Shown: piece after piece, positions 18,946 to 29,039 of the stretch
Position numbering within the stretch: position 1 is the first letter of the stretch
Layout: every line of letters begins with the position of its first letter
DNA from: a bacterium
GTDB taxonomy: Bacteria > Patescibacteriota > Minisyncoccia > UBA6257 > GWB1-50-10
DNA length: 64,000 nucleotides
Reading direction: 5' to 3'
Assembly: GCA_021801565.1 (NCBI GenBank)
Contig: JAJYXV010000015.1
Coordinates: 155,198-219,197 of the forward strand
Program-made: the position numbers and the translations under genes
Notes under the pieces: model-generated
Database searches by the model: none
The model's input: only the letters and a program-made list of their open reading frames with translations
What the model was told of the DNA's origin: nothing

Positions 18946-19848
18946 ATGGATGTTATCGCAAAACGTAATATATTTTTGGGATTTTCCGGTATTATTGTCA
19001 TCCTGAGTCTTACCGCAATATTTGTGTTTGGAATGAAACCCGGGATCGATCTTATAGGGGGAACGCAATGGGATATTGCAGTAAAAAATGGAGGCGCAAG
19101 CGAATCGGCAATCAAAGAGGTAATGTTGGGAGTGAGTGGAAGAGAGGTGACGGTGAAAACTGCGAATGATGGAACATACCTTGTGCGTATGCTTGATACG
19201 GATGAGGAATTACATCAGAAATATTTTGCTGCACTTACATCGAAGTTTGGGGAAATTGAAGAAAAGAGCTTTTCGAGTATTGGTCCCGCAATTGGATCAG
19301 AACTTCGCACAAAAGCAATTTGGGCAATTATACTTGTGCTCTTTGGGATCTCACTCTATATTGCCTTTGCATTTCGAAAAGTTTCTCGTCCGATACAATC
19401 GTGGAAATATGGTGTTTCAACACTTATCACGTTGTTTCATGATGTAATCATTCCGGCGGGATTACTTGCGGTGTTGGGAAAAATAAAAGGAGTTGAAATT
19501 GATACAAACTTTATTGTTGCACTTCTCGTGGTCATGGGATTTTCTGTACACGATACTATTGTGGTATTTGATAGAATTCGAGAAAATATTCTCCTCTCAC
19601 GCGGAAAAAATATCAATCTTAAAGATGTAATTAATTTTAGTATTAAAGAAACAATGGTTCGTTCTATTAATACCTCATTTACTCTTGTTCTTGTTCTCTT
19701 TTCAATGTTACTTTTTGGTCCGGTTCCACTTTTTTATTTTGTCCTTACTATTATGGTGGGCACAATTTTTGGAACATACTCATCAATTTTTGTAGCAAGT
19801 CCACTGCTTTTTATATGGGAGCGTTGGAGTGCAAAAAAGTCCACCTAG
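18946..19848 (+). CDS. secF: Protein translocase subunit SecF
   Basis: GIDLIGG, HD, GFSVHDTIVVFDRIREN, GTYSSIFVA. Confidence 0.97.
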   Translation: MDVIAKRNIFLGFSGIIVILSLTAIFVFGMKPGIDLIGGTQWDIAVKNGGASESAIKEVMLGVSGREVTVKTANDGTYLVRMLDTDEELHQKYFAALTSKFGEIEEKSFSSIGPAIGSELRTKAIWAIILVLFGISLYIAFAFRKVSRPIQSWKYGVSTLITLFHDVIIPAGLLAVLGKIKGVEIDTNFIVALLVVMGFSVHDTIVVFDRIRENILLSRGKNINLKDVINFSIKETMVRSINTSFTLVLVLFSMLLFGPVPLFYFVLTIMVGTIFGTYSSIFVASPLLFIWERWSAKKST

Positions 19849-19974
19849 AGTGGATTTTTTCTCTCTTTATCTCAGTAAATTTTTGTGTTTTTAGATCCCC
19901 TTGATAATTCTTCAAGGGGGGGTTGACTCAAAAATGAAAAAGTGCTACTCTCTAAGGGTATATATAAGGGTATT

Positions 19975-20991
19975 ATGGTAAAGAATTTAGATCAATTTAT
20001 AGAAGATCTGCTTTCGGAATTTTCTCCAAAGCAGCAAAAGGTCATTGTGGGTCGTTTTGGATTGAAAACCGGAAAACGGGCAACACTTCAAGAGATAGGC
20101 GATGAACTCGGTATTACACGCGAGCGCGTCCGTCAAATTGAAGAGTTGGGAATAAAAAAACTCAGGGAAAAAACAAAAGAAAAAACCGCCGATTTTATAA
20201 AAGAGGCAGAGGTTCGACTTGGAGAAACTGGCGGGGTGTATAAAGATGATCTTTTTATTGCGGACATGTATCGCAAGGGTGGTTTTTTACAAACAAAACA
20301 TTGGGATACAAAAACACGTTTCATTTTCTTAGCGGCCGGATCTCCGTCATATCATAAAGAAGATGACGATTATTATGCGTTTTGGTATGATGACAAAAAG
20401 AATGAAAAACGGTTTTTTGACTTTATAAAAAATGTTACTCACTTTTTAGAAATAAATGATAAAGAAAAAATTTCTAAAGATCCCTTATATACTTCACAGT
20501 GTAGTGATTTAGCAACATGCCATCTTCTTTCTATTCCAAAACATTTTGGAGTGAATGTATTTGGTGAATTTGGACTCAGAGCGTCAGCTGAAATTGAACC
20601 GAAAACAATCCGAGATAAAGCCTATCTTACGTTGAAGAAGGTTGGAAAGCCGCTTCATTTTGAAGATATCGCAAAAAATATTTCTAAACTGGGAATTGAT
20701 AAAAGATCCGCTCATGTACAAACCGTACACAATGAACTTATTAAAGATGGCAGATTTGTTCTTGTGGGTCGCGGAGTATACGCATTAAAAGAGCACGGAT
20801 ATGAACCAGGAACTGTTCGTGAAGTGATTGATCGTCTTTTGAAATCAAAAGGGCCGCTTCACTCAGCTGATGTGGTGCGGTTGGTAAATGAACAACGGTT
20901 TTTGAAAGAAAACACAATTCTTTTGAATTTACAAAATAGGAAGCATTTTAAACGCCTTGATGATGGAAAATACAGTGTAAAAGAAGCATAA
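19975..20991 (+). CDS. Sigma-70 region 4 HTH plus HARE-HTH (RNAP delta-like) protein
   Basis: TLQEIG..LGITRERVRQIE; KPLHF..IA...QTVHNELI.D.RFVLVGRG.YAL; upstream TTGACT-17-TACTCT. Confidence 0.8.
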   Translation: MVKNLDQFIEDLLSEFSPKQQKVIVGRFGLKTGKRATLQEIGDELGITRERVRQIEELGIKKLREKTKEKTADFIKEAEVRLGETGGVYKDDLFIADMYRKGGFLQTKHWDTKTRFIFLAAGSPSYHKEDDDYYAFWYDDKKNEKRFFDFIKNVTHFLEINDKEKISKDPLYTSQCSDLATCHLLSIPKHFGVNVFGEFGLRASAEIEPKTIRDKAYLTLKKVGKPLHFEDIAKNISKLGIDKRSAHVQTVHNELIKDGRFVLVGRGVYALKEHGYEPGTVREVIDRLLKSKGPLHSADVVRLVNEQRFLKENTILLNLQNRKHFKRLDDGKYSVKEA

Positions 20992-21012
20992 CCTTTTTTC
21001 CTGTCAAGTATA

Positions 21013-21044
21013 TAACCCCCTCGAATATATATTCGAGGGGGTTA
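21013..21044. terminator. Hairpin, probable terminator
   Basis: taaccccctcgaat-atat-attcgagggggtta. Confidence 0.6.
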
Positions 21045-21172
21045 ATGTTAATTAAAACAAGGATTTTTATATCAAAAAGGGGGAAGGATTTAGTTGTGAT
21101 TTTTTACCAGGTTTATTGAAGTTTTTTCAAAAAAGTCCGATAATGTATGTGTTATCTGGCTTTTTGTTAACT

Positions 21173-22588
21173 ATGATTAAAAAATCACTAGGTGCAATAG
21201 GAGAAATTGTCATTCACTTCTTCAAAAAAGAAGAAGCATGGCTTGTTTTGTTTCTCCTTGGAATTAGCGGTCTCTTTTTTATTACAATTCCGAAAGTCTC
21301 ACTCTGGGAAATCATTAACTTTATTCTTCTCTTTCTTTCATATACGTGGTGGCTTTGGTTCTTTCTCATTGTGTTTCCCCTTTTTCATTCATTATTTCTT
21401 TTTTGGCGAAATGAAGAATTTAAAAAAGATTTAAAGTTTATTCTTCTTGAAATTCTCATTCCACGAGAGGTTCAAAAAAGCCCACAAGCCATGGAGCAGG
21501 TGCTTGCTGCACTTCATTCCTTAAGGAATGCTCCCGGGGATATTAAGGAAACATATTATGAAGGAGAAGTAACCGTTCCGTTTGGACTTGAAATGATTAG
21601 TTTCGGGGGTGAAATACATTTTTACGTCCGCTGTCAAAAAAAACAACGCAACCTTGTTGAAGCTGCATTTTTTTCATATTATCAAGATGTTGAATTTATT
21701 GAAGTTGAGGATTATGCGAAACAGTTTCCCCAAACACTTGAAGATTTATATGCACAAGGAAAAGATATGTGGGGAACAGAGATGGTGCTTGCAAAACCCG
21801 CCGTATATCCGATTAAATCATATACAACTTTTGAAAGCGAGGCTGAGTCGAAACAATTTGATCCCATCTCCACGTTTTTAGAAGTATTAGGGAAGATAAA
21901 CAAAGAGGAAATTGTGGGAATCCAATTTATTATTGCTCCCGCAGGAAATGAATGGAAGGATAAGTTTAAGAGCGTATTGGATGAGCTTCAGGAACCCGCA
22001 ACTGCAGAAATTGCGTCTGATGAGGGGGGAAGTCGTAAAATTCCTATATCTCGCACTCCTGGGCAATATGATGTGTTGGAGGCTGTGGAAAAAAATCTTT
22101 CAAAGCCTGCATTTAATACCATGCTCCGTTTTATTTACCTGTCTCCCAAGGCGACATACTATGACAGTTTTGCGCGAAGAGGTCTCGTTGGTGCGTTCAA
22201 TCAATATGCTGCATTAAATCTCAACTCTTTTTCTTCAAACCGAGACGTTGCGACACGTACACAAATTTGGAATTGGCCCCATATATTTCCAAAAATCAGA
22301 AATCAATTTCGAAAACAACGCCTTCTTAGAAATTTTTTAATACGTGAAATACCACCAGAAACATGGATGGGTCGCTTTGTTACCTCTTATATATTTAATT
22401 TCAATTTTTCAACAAAACGTTTTTTGATGAATATCGAGTGTCTTGCAACTCTTTTCCACCTTCCTACTGTGGTGGTACTCACTGCTCCGCATATTAAACG
22501 CTCTGAAAGTAAAAAAGCCGGTCCGCCTGCAGGGATAGCAATATTCGGTGAAGACAAAGAATTGGATCAATTTTATCACGATAAATAA
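21173..22588 (+). CDS. Conserved membrane protein of the type found with CPR coupling ATPases
   Basis: N-terminal TMs; LLEI.IP.E..KSP.AMEQ; YPIK.Y..F; LATLFHLP. Confidence 0.7.
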   Translation: MIKKSLGAIGEIVIHFFKKEEAWLVLFLLGISGLFFITIPKVSLWEIINFILLFLSYTWWLWFFLIVFPLFHSLFLFWRNEEFKKDLKFILLEILIPREVQKSPQAMEQVLAALHSLRNAPGDIKETYYEGEVTVPFGLEMISFGGEIHFYVRCQKKQRNLVEAAFFSYYQDVEFIEVEDYAKQFPQTLEDLYAQGKDMWGTEMVLAKPAVYPIKSYTTFESEAESKQFDPISTFLEVLGKINKEEIVGIQFIIAPAGNEWKDKFKSVLDELQEPATAEIASDEGGSRKIPISRTPGQYDVLEAVEKNLSKPAFNTMLRFIYLSPKATYYDSFARRGLVGAFNQYAALNLNSFSSNRDVATRTQIWNWPHIFPKIRNQFRKQRLLRNFLIREIPPETWMGRFVTSYIFNFNFSTKRFLMNIECLATLFHLPTVVVLTAPHIKRSESKKAGPPAGIAIFGEDKELDQFYHDK

Positions 22589-22594
22589 TATATT

Positions 22595-23125
22595 ATGGAT
22601 TGGATAAACAAAATTATATCGTATATTGTAGGTATAAATTGGGAAGGCGTTTTTTATATAGTGCGCTGGATATTTATTACGCTTGATGTTATTCTCGTTA
22701 TTCTTTTTGTTTTAGTGTTTAAGAAGGCACTCGAACATCGTCCGAAATTTGTTGCATTTCCAGGAGGGAAAAAATCGAGAAGGAAAAAAACAGAAATGAA
22801 AAAATTCGATTTTTCCCCACAGTGGAAAAAAATTCTTACTACCGTTGAAGCGGGGGAATCAGATGCGTTACTCCTTGCCATTATCGAGGCTGATAAACTT
22901 GCTGATACCGCATTGAAAAGTCTTAAATTTGAAGGGGAATATATTGCGGAACGTCTTGAACGAGCTGGAAAAATTATGGATTTGAAAACGATTGATGATG
23001 TGTGGCGCGTGCATCGTATTCGCAATAACCTTGTGCATACTCCCGGGTTTCATATTTCTCAATCACAAGCCAATGATGTTTTAAAGGTGTATGAGAAATT
23101 CTTAAAGGAATTAAATGTGTTATGA
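22595..23125 (+). CDS. Conserved hypothetical membrane-anchored protein
   Basis: TM plus AIIEADKL.D..L...GE...ERL...W..H.IRN.LVH; overlaps the next gene's start. Confidence 0.7.
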   Translation: MDWINKIISYIVGINWEGVFYIVRWIFITLDVILVILFVLVFKKALEHRPKFVAFPGGKKSRRKKTEMKKFDFSPQWKKILTTVEAGESDALLLAIIEADKLADTALKSLKFEGEYIAERLERAGKIMDLKTIDDVWRVHRIRNNLVHTPGFHISQSQANDVLKVYEKFLKELNVL

Positions 23126-24594
23126 ACTCTTTTCGAAAGGGTACAAAAATTCAACTTATTAAATATGCGCCTCCTCCGCCAGATCTTCCTATTTATGGGC
23201 AAGTAGATCCAAAAGAAGTTTCGTTTATCGGTCGCACTAATTATGTCGCTGCGCTTGAAACGAAAAATTTCATTTTTGGATTAAAACGCGTTGATCGCCG
23301 AAGACACACTTATATTATTGGGAAAAGTGGTGTCGGAAAATCAAAGCTCTTAGAGTTATTGATCCGTCAGGATATTGCATATGGACATGGATTGTGTCTC
23401 ATTGATCCACACGGAGAGACAATCGAGGATATTCTTCCTTTCATCCCGAAAAATCGCATCGACGATGTGTGTATTATTGATCCGTCAGATTCTGAATTCC
23501 CGGTTTCATTTAATCCACTCGCAAACATTGATCCTTCATTCAAACATCAGCTTACTCAAGGATTGATTGAGGTTATGGAAAAACAATTTGGAGCAAACTG
23601 GACGCCACGCCTCGAGCACGTATTTCGATTTACTTGTCTTGCACTTCTCGATTACCCACACGCAACAATGCGCGGAATGATTATGATACTTACTGATCGC
23701 AATTATCGTCAGAAGGTGATCGAATACATCGAAGACGACATGGTAAAACGTTTTTGGGCAATTGAGTTTGCTGATTGGTCGGAAAAATTTGATACAGAAG
23801 CTATTATTCCTCTGGTAAACAAGCTTGGACAATTTCTTTCGAATCCGATGCTTCGAAATATTTTTGGACAGAAGGAAAACAAAGTTGATCTCGCAAAACT
23901 CATGCATGAAAACAAAATCGTGCTGATTAATCTTTCAAAAGGGAAAATCGGAGAAGAGAACTCAAGTTTTTTTGGTTCGATGTTTGTGACAAAAATAAAA
24001 CAGGCCGGCATGGAACGTGCATCGCTTCCGCCCTCGGAACGCCACGATTTCTATCTTTATGTTGATGAATTCCAAAATCTTGTTACTGATACGTTTGAAA
24101 ATCTTCTCTCTGAGGCACGGAAATATGCTCTTTGTCTTACGATGGCACATCAATATGTAGGACAGTTACTTCCGAAAGTGGAGGCGGCAGTACTTGGAAA
24201 CACAGGAACGATTGTTGTATTTCGTGTTGGCGGTGAGGATGCGGTGAAATTAAAACCGGAAATGGAACCGATTTTTGATGTGAAAGACATGATTAATCTT
24301 GGTATGGGTCAGATCTATATCAAAATGACTATTGATGGAGAAACATATGATCCTTTTTCTGCAGAAACATTACGCGTGCTTCCTTCTCCTCATGAATCAT
24401 ATCGCCAAGAGATTATTGAGATTTCCCGGAAGAAATATTCGATTTCCGCAGATTCTGCAAAAAAACTTATGCAAGAAGAAGAAGCATCTATTATTCGCAG
24501 CGCGCAAGAGAAAGCGATTATTAGTGGAGGTGTAAAAGGGGGAGCAACACCCTCTGAATCTGCTATAGATAAAAATCTTGAGCCATTAATATAA
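23122..24594 (+). CDS. TraD/TrwB/VirD4-like (HerA-FtsK fold) ATPase
   Basis: Walker A GKSGVGKS, IDPHGE, Walker B YVDEFQN, SEARKY, HQY. Confidence 0.9.
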   Translation: MNSFRKGTKIQLIKYAPPPPDLPIYGQVDPKEVSFIGRTNYVAALETKNFIFGLKRVDRRRHTYIIGKSGVGKSKLLELLIRQDIAYGHGLCLIDPHGETIEDILPFIPKNRIDDVCIIDPSDSEFPVSFNPLANIDPSFKHQLTQGLIEVMEKQFGANWTPRLEHVFRFTCLALLDYPHATMRGMIMILTDRNYRQKVIEYIEDDMVKRFWAIEFADWSEKFDTEAIIPLVNKLGQFLSNPMLRNIFGQKENKVDLAKLMHENKIVLINLSKGKIGEENSSFFGSMFVTKIKQAGMERASLPPSERHDFYLYVDEFQNLVTDTFENLLSEARKYALCLTMAHQYVGQLLPKVEAAVLGNTGTIVVFRVGGEDAVKLKPEMEPIFDVKDMINLGMGQIYIKMTIDGETYDPFSAETLRVLPSPHESYRQEIIEISRKKYSISADSAKKLMQEEEASIIRSAQEKAIISGGVKGGATPSESAIDKNLEPLI

Positions 24595-24634
24595 AATTTT
24601 TCATAGTCTCGAATCGTGAAAAGGTGCGGGGAAA

Positions 24635-24761
24635 CCCAGTAGTGAAAATTCAATATGCCGCTATCGCGGCGAAAAAGAAAAAAATAGCGAAAATAAGGTT
24701 TATAATTAAATAACAACCATTGGGTAGAATTCTTTTTCCCAATTGAATTTCTACTACTGGG
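24635..24761. repeat. Inverted-repeat element (AGTGAAA subtype), abutting a half copy of the CCCCGCACC subtype (24617-24631)
   Basis: cccagtagtgaaaattcaat / attgaatttctactactggg; internal gccgc..gcggc hairpin. Confidence 0.85.
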
Positions 24762-24786
24762 AAAGGTCGGATCTAAAAAAAACAAT

Positions 24787-25092
24787 ATGGTACTTATTTA
24801 TACTACGTGCCATGACGAGGAGTCAGCAAGAAAACTTGCGGCGGCGATTATTGGAAAAAAACTTGCCTCGTGTGTGAATATTTGGCGTATCGGGTCGATC
24901 TATAAATGGGAGGGAGAATTAAAGGAAGAAAAAGAAGTTGCAATGCTTATAAAAACTATTGAGACAAAAGTGCAGCAAATCGAAGATCTCATCTCGTCAA
25001 TACATGAGTATGCAATTCCGTTCATTGGAGTTTTGAATATTTTTCGTGTAAATAGAAAATATAAAGAATGGATGGCAACGGTTATCGAATAA
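24787..25092 (+). CDS. cutA: Divalent-cation tolerance protein CutA
   Basis: YTT...A..LA...KLASCVN...SIY.WEG...E...IKT...H.Y.IP. Confidence 0.9.
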   Translation: MVLIYTTCHDEESARKLAAAIIGKKLASCVNIWRIGSIYKWEGELKEEKEVAMLIKTIETKVQQIEDLISSIHEYAIPFIGVLNIFRVNRKYKEWMATVIE

Positions 25093-25206
25093 AATAAGAT
25101 AAATATGATGAAGGAAACACACAATTTTGAGTGTGTATGATGGCGGTTTATTAATTTTTGATATATTTTCAAAAATACGAAATAATGTTATAATTAAGAT
25201 GCAAAA

Positions 25207-25383
25207 ATGTTTATTCCACAGTTGGTTATTGGAATAGGGGTTTTGATCTTTTCACTTCTCTTCGTTTCGATATTTGTGATGTTGCATAAGATGAAGCTTC
25301 TTAAACATATTATTGCAAGGCTTGAGGGAGAAGAAAAAGATGCCGATGATAGTCATTGGGGGGACTGCGAAGGGAAAGATTAA
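25207..25383 (+). CDS. Small single-pass membrane protein (58 aa; not in ORF track)
   Basis: MFIPQLVIGIGVLIFSLLFVSIFVMLHK...EGKD*; TATAAT just upstream. Confidence 0.45.
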   Translation: MFIPQLVIGIGVLIFSLLFVSIFVMLHKMKLLKHIIARLEGEEKDADDSHWGDCEGKD

Positions 25384-25475
25384 ATAAAAATTGTGTTATA
25401 AGACAATAATGCCACGCAAGCGTGGTTTTTTTATTGAAAAAAATGTGGGGAAGTATAAAGTATTTAGTATAAGGT

Positions 25476-27239
25476 ATGAAAGAAGAAAGAACGTGCCAAA
25501 ACTGTAAGAATTTGTTCATCATTGAAGATGAAGATTTTCAGTTCTACAAAAAGATTGGCGTGCCGGCACCGACATTTTGTCCCGAATGCAGAGAAATTCG
25601 ACGCATTGCATTTCGAAATGAGCGAGCACTTTATAAACGAAAGTGTGATTTATGCGGCGCGGTGGTAGTGTCGAGAGTATCTCCCGATAAGCCATATCCA
25701 ATGTATTGTAAAGAGTGTTGGTGGTCCGATAAATGGGATCCGCTGGATTATGGGAAGACATATGATTTTTCCCGTACGTTTTTTGAACAGTTCTCTAATC
25801 TGTTGTACATGACACCACATGTTTCTATATTTAACTCCAACACAGTGAATAGTGATTGGGTTAATCAAGAAACAGACGATAAAAACTGTTATTTAAATGT
25901 TGGTGGACATTATAACGAAGACTCTGCATATAATACATATGAAGTTTATGGAAAAAACTCTTTTGATAATTTTTGGTTTTTAAATAGTGATTTTGGATAC
26001 GACAATATTTATTGCAAGAGATGTTACAAAATAGTTGCGTCGCATGATTGTTTTGATTGTCGAGATACGTTTTTTTCTTATGATTGTCGTAATTGCTCAA
26101 ATATATTTGGGTGTGCTGGATTGCGAAACAAGAAATTTAATATTTTTAATAAACAGTATTCAAAGGATGAATATGAAACATTTTTAAAGAATAATTCAAT
26201 AAGTTCCTTAAAATCATATGAAGAACAAAAAAGAAAATCCTATGATTTTTGGAATTTAATTCCACGTCGATTTGCTAGTATTAATAAATCAGTAGATGTT
26301 TCTGGGGATAATATAGATGAGTCTAAAAATGCTCATTATTGTTTTGCTGCTGAAAAGGTTGAAAATGCGAAATTCTTTTATATTGCGGGATGGATTCGTG
26401 ACAGTTATGATCTCACATCACATGGTGCCGCGGAGCTTACATATGAGTGCTCGAGTGGGGGAGGAGAATATGACGCAAAGTTTGTTACCTATTGTATGAG
26501 TGGAGATCCATTAAAACAAATGCACTCGTCACATCTTTATTATTGTTTCGCCCTTGTCAGTTGTGAATATTGTTTTGGATGTGTTGGGTTAAGAAATAAA
26601 CAGTATTGTATTTTAAATAAACAATATACAAAAGGGGAATATGATGTGCTTGTCCCAAAACTCATTGAGCACATGAATACCATGCCATATGAGGGAAAAA
26701 ATGGACGTATGTACCGTTATGGTGAATTTTTCCCTATTGAAATTTCTCCATTTGGATACAACGAGACGGCGGCGATGGACTATTACTCGCTCACAAAAGA
26801 ACAGGTACTTCAAAGGGGGTATCCATGGTGTGACTACGAATCAGAAATAAAACATGAGTTTTCTGACTACGCGATTCCTGATGATATCAAGGATGTGGGG
26901 GATGAGATTCTTGAAAAAGTATTGAAGTGTGAAGTATCGGGAAAACCCTATCGGATTATCCCGATGGAACTCCAATTTTATCGCCGTATGGGTTTACCAA
27001 TCCCAACAAAGTCCCCGCTTCAGAGGCACAAGGACCGCATGGTGCGTCTTCTTCCACGAAAGCTTTTCAAGCGGACGTGTGATTGTGGCGGAAAGGTTTC
27101 CACAAATGGAGTATATGTAAACACAAGGGAGCATCAACACGGAGAAAAGAAATGTACTTCGGAAATGGAAACGCCATATTCTTCGGAGCGACCGGAAATA
27201 GTGTACTGCGAGGAGTGTTACCAGGCGGAAATTTATTAA
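25476..27239 (+). CDS. Cys-rich zinc-ribbon / solenoid-repeat protein, paralogue 1
   Basis: CQNC..F.I...D..FY, CPECR, WWSD.W, two CFGC.GL.NK...N.QY modules, YGEFFP, C-terminal VYCEECY. Confidence 0.85.
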   Translation: MKEERTCQNCKNLFIIEDEDFQFYKKIGVPAPTFCPECREIRRIAFRNERALYKRKCDLCGAVVVSRVSPDKPYPMYCKECWWSDKWDPLDYGKTYDFSRTFFEQFSNLLYMTPHVSIFNSNTVNSDWVNQETDDKNCYLNVGGHYNEDSAYNTYEVYGKNSFDNFWFLNSDFGYDNIYCKRCYKIVASHDCFDCRDTFFSYDCRNCSNIFGCAGLRNKKFNIFNKQYSKDEYETFLKNNSISSLKSYEEQKRKSYDFWNLIPRRFASINKSVDVSGDNIDESKNAHYCFAAEKVENAKFFYIAGWIRDSYDLTSHGAAELTYECSSGGGEYDAKFVTYCMSGDPLKQMHSSHLYYCFALVSCEYCFGCVGLRNKQYCILNKQYTKGEYDVLVPKLIEHMNTMPYEGKNGRMYRYGEFFPIEISPFGYNETAAMDYYSLTKEQVLQRGYPWCDYESEIKHEFSDYAIPDDIKDVGDEILEKVLKCEVSGKPYRIIPMELQFYRRMGLPIPTKSPLQRHKDRMVRLLPRKLFKRTCDCGGKVSTNGVYVNTREHQHGEKKCTSEMETPYSSERPEIVYCEECYQAEIY

Positions 27240-27243
27240 CTTT

Positions 27244-28890
27244 ATGAAGAAAACATGTGAGCATTGTAAAAAGGAATTTTTCATTACCGACGGAGAGCTT
27301 GGAATGTACGAAAAACTCGAACTGGAACTTCCACGGCTTTGTTTCTTTTGTCGGGTAAGCTTACATTTTTCCGTGTGGCCATTCGGTAAATTTCGGAAGG
27401 CAAAATCCGATCTCTCCGGGGAAAATATGATTACTGTGCTTTCCGCACAGAAAAGATATCCGATATACACACTTCATGAGTGGCATAGTGATGCGTGGGA
27501 TGCGATGGAACATGCAAGGGATTATGATCCAACATGCCCATTTTTCGATCAAATGAAAGACCTTCAGGAGAAGGTGCCACGCCCCCATCAAGGTGCGGGA
27601 AACAGCACTGATTGTGATTGGTGCGATGACGTATGGAATTCAAAAAACTGTTATCTCTCCCGCTCAATGGAGGAATGTGAGGATTTGCATTATGCGTACC
27701 GCGTATTTCGCGGAAAAAATTCAATTGATCTTGTATTTTGTTTTGACTTGGATAATTGCTTTGATTGCACGTATTGTTTTAATTCATACAATCTTTTTTA
27801 TTCACAGAATTCCCGCGATTGTATGGATTCGTATTTTCTTTTTGATTGTAGAAATTGCACAAATTGTTTTATGTGTTGGAATTTACGCGGAAAATCATAC
27901 TGTATTGAGAATGTGCAATATACGAAAGAAGAATATACAGAAAAAATAAAATCGTTAAATCTTACCTCATTTCAATCCATTGAAAATTTTCGGAAGCGGT
28001 TTAAGGAGATGATGAAACGTGATGTAGTGCATCGAGAGAATTTCAATATTCGGGTAAATAATTCTGAAGGGGAACATCTTATGGATATGAACAATTCTCA
28101 TAATTGTTTTGGAATTCAATTTTCCGAGGAGTGTTACAACTGTGTGCGTGGACTTACCGATAAAACAAACATTGATGCAAATGGGTGTTGGTATGCCGAA
28201 TTTATGGGGAATTCAAGTTGTTGTGTGAATGCATATGCACTCAAATATTCTTCGTGGTCTTCTTCACGATTTTCCGAATATCTCGATATCTGTAACGAAT
28301 GTGAATATTGTTTTGGGTGTGTCGGATTGAAAAAGAAAAAATATTGCATTTTGAACAGGCAATATACGAAAGAGGAATATGAAAAACTTCGTGAAAAAAT
28401 AATCGTCGATATGAAATCGAGACGGGAATATGGACTTTTCTTCCCGTATTCGATGAGCCCGCACCCGTATAATTTTTCAACGAGCTATACCTACTTTCCC
28501 GAAAAAACGAAAGAGGAAATTCTTGCGCTCGGCGGATATTGGGAAGATATCGACGAAACACGTGTTGAGGGAATGCCGACGAGCGACTTACCCGACGACA
28601 TACGTGATGTTTCCGATTCTATTACAACACAGGCACTTATTTGTCCTATAACCGGATGGAGATTCAATATTGCGCAAAAAGAGCTTCAATTCTATAAACA
28701 AAAGGGAATTCCATTGCCACGCATACATTTTGATGTTCGCATAAAGGAACGGATGAAATATATGACCGTACTTACCCCACGAGAACACTCCTGTATATTT
28801 TGCAAAAAGAAGATGACTATCTATTACCCAGAAACATGGGGATATGAAAAAATTGCTTGTGCCGAATGCTATCAGAAAGAAGTGGCATAA
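27244..28890 (+). CDS. Cys-rich zinc-ribbon / solenoid-repeat protein, paralogue 2
   Basis: Same motif series as 25476. Confidence 0.85.
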   Translation: MKKTCEHCKKEFFITDGELGMYEKLELELPRLCFFCRVSLHFSVWPFGKFRKAKSDLSGENMITVLSAQKRYPIYTLHEWHSDAWDAMEHARDYDPTCPFFDQMKDLQEKVPRPHQGAGNSTDCDWCDDVWNSKNCYLSRSMEECEDLHYAYRVFRGKNSIDLVFCFDLDNCFDCTYCFNSYNLFYSQNSRDCMDSYFLFDCRNCTNCFMCWNLRGKSYCIENVQYTKEEYTEKIKSLNLTSFQSIENFRKRFKEMMKRDVVHRENFNIRVNNSEGEHLMDMNNSHNCFGIQFSEECYNCVRGLTDKTNIDANGCWYAEFMGNSSCCVNAYALKYSSWSSSRFSEYLDICNECEYCFGCVGLKKKKYCILNRQYTKEEYEKLREKIIVDMKSRREYGLFFPYSMSPHPYNFSTSYTYFPEKTKEEILALGGYWEDIDETRVEGMPTSDLPDDIRDVSDSITTQALICPITGWRFNIAQKELQFYKQKGIPLPRIHFDVRIKERMKYMTVLTPREHSCIFCKKKMTIYYPETWGYEKIACAECYQKEVA

Positions 28891-28918
28891 TGGGGAAATT
28901 CTCCACTCTTATAATGAA

Positions 28919-29024
28919 CCTCGTTAGGAGCTTGTATAAAATCTACCAAAACAAGTGTTTTCCTAAAAATTATGAATTTAGTTCTTAGTGAGATAAACTA
29001 CTGGGAATTTCGTTTCTAACGGGG
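28919..29024. repeat. Inverted-repeat element (CCCCGTTAGAAA subtype), reverse orientation
   Basis: cctcgttaggag / tttctaacgggg, followed by taaa (reads TTTAC on the minus strand). Confidence 0.7.
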
Positions 29025-29039
29025 TAAAATCAGAGATAT

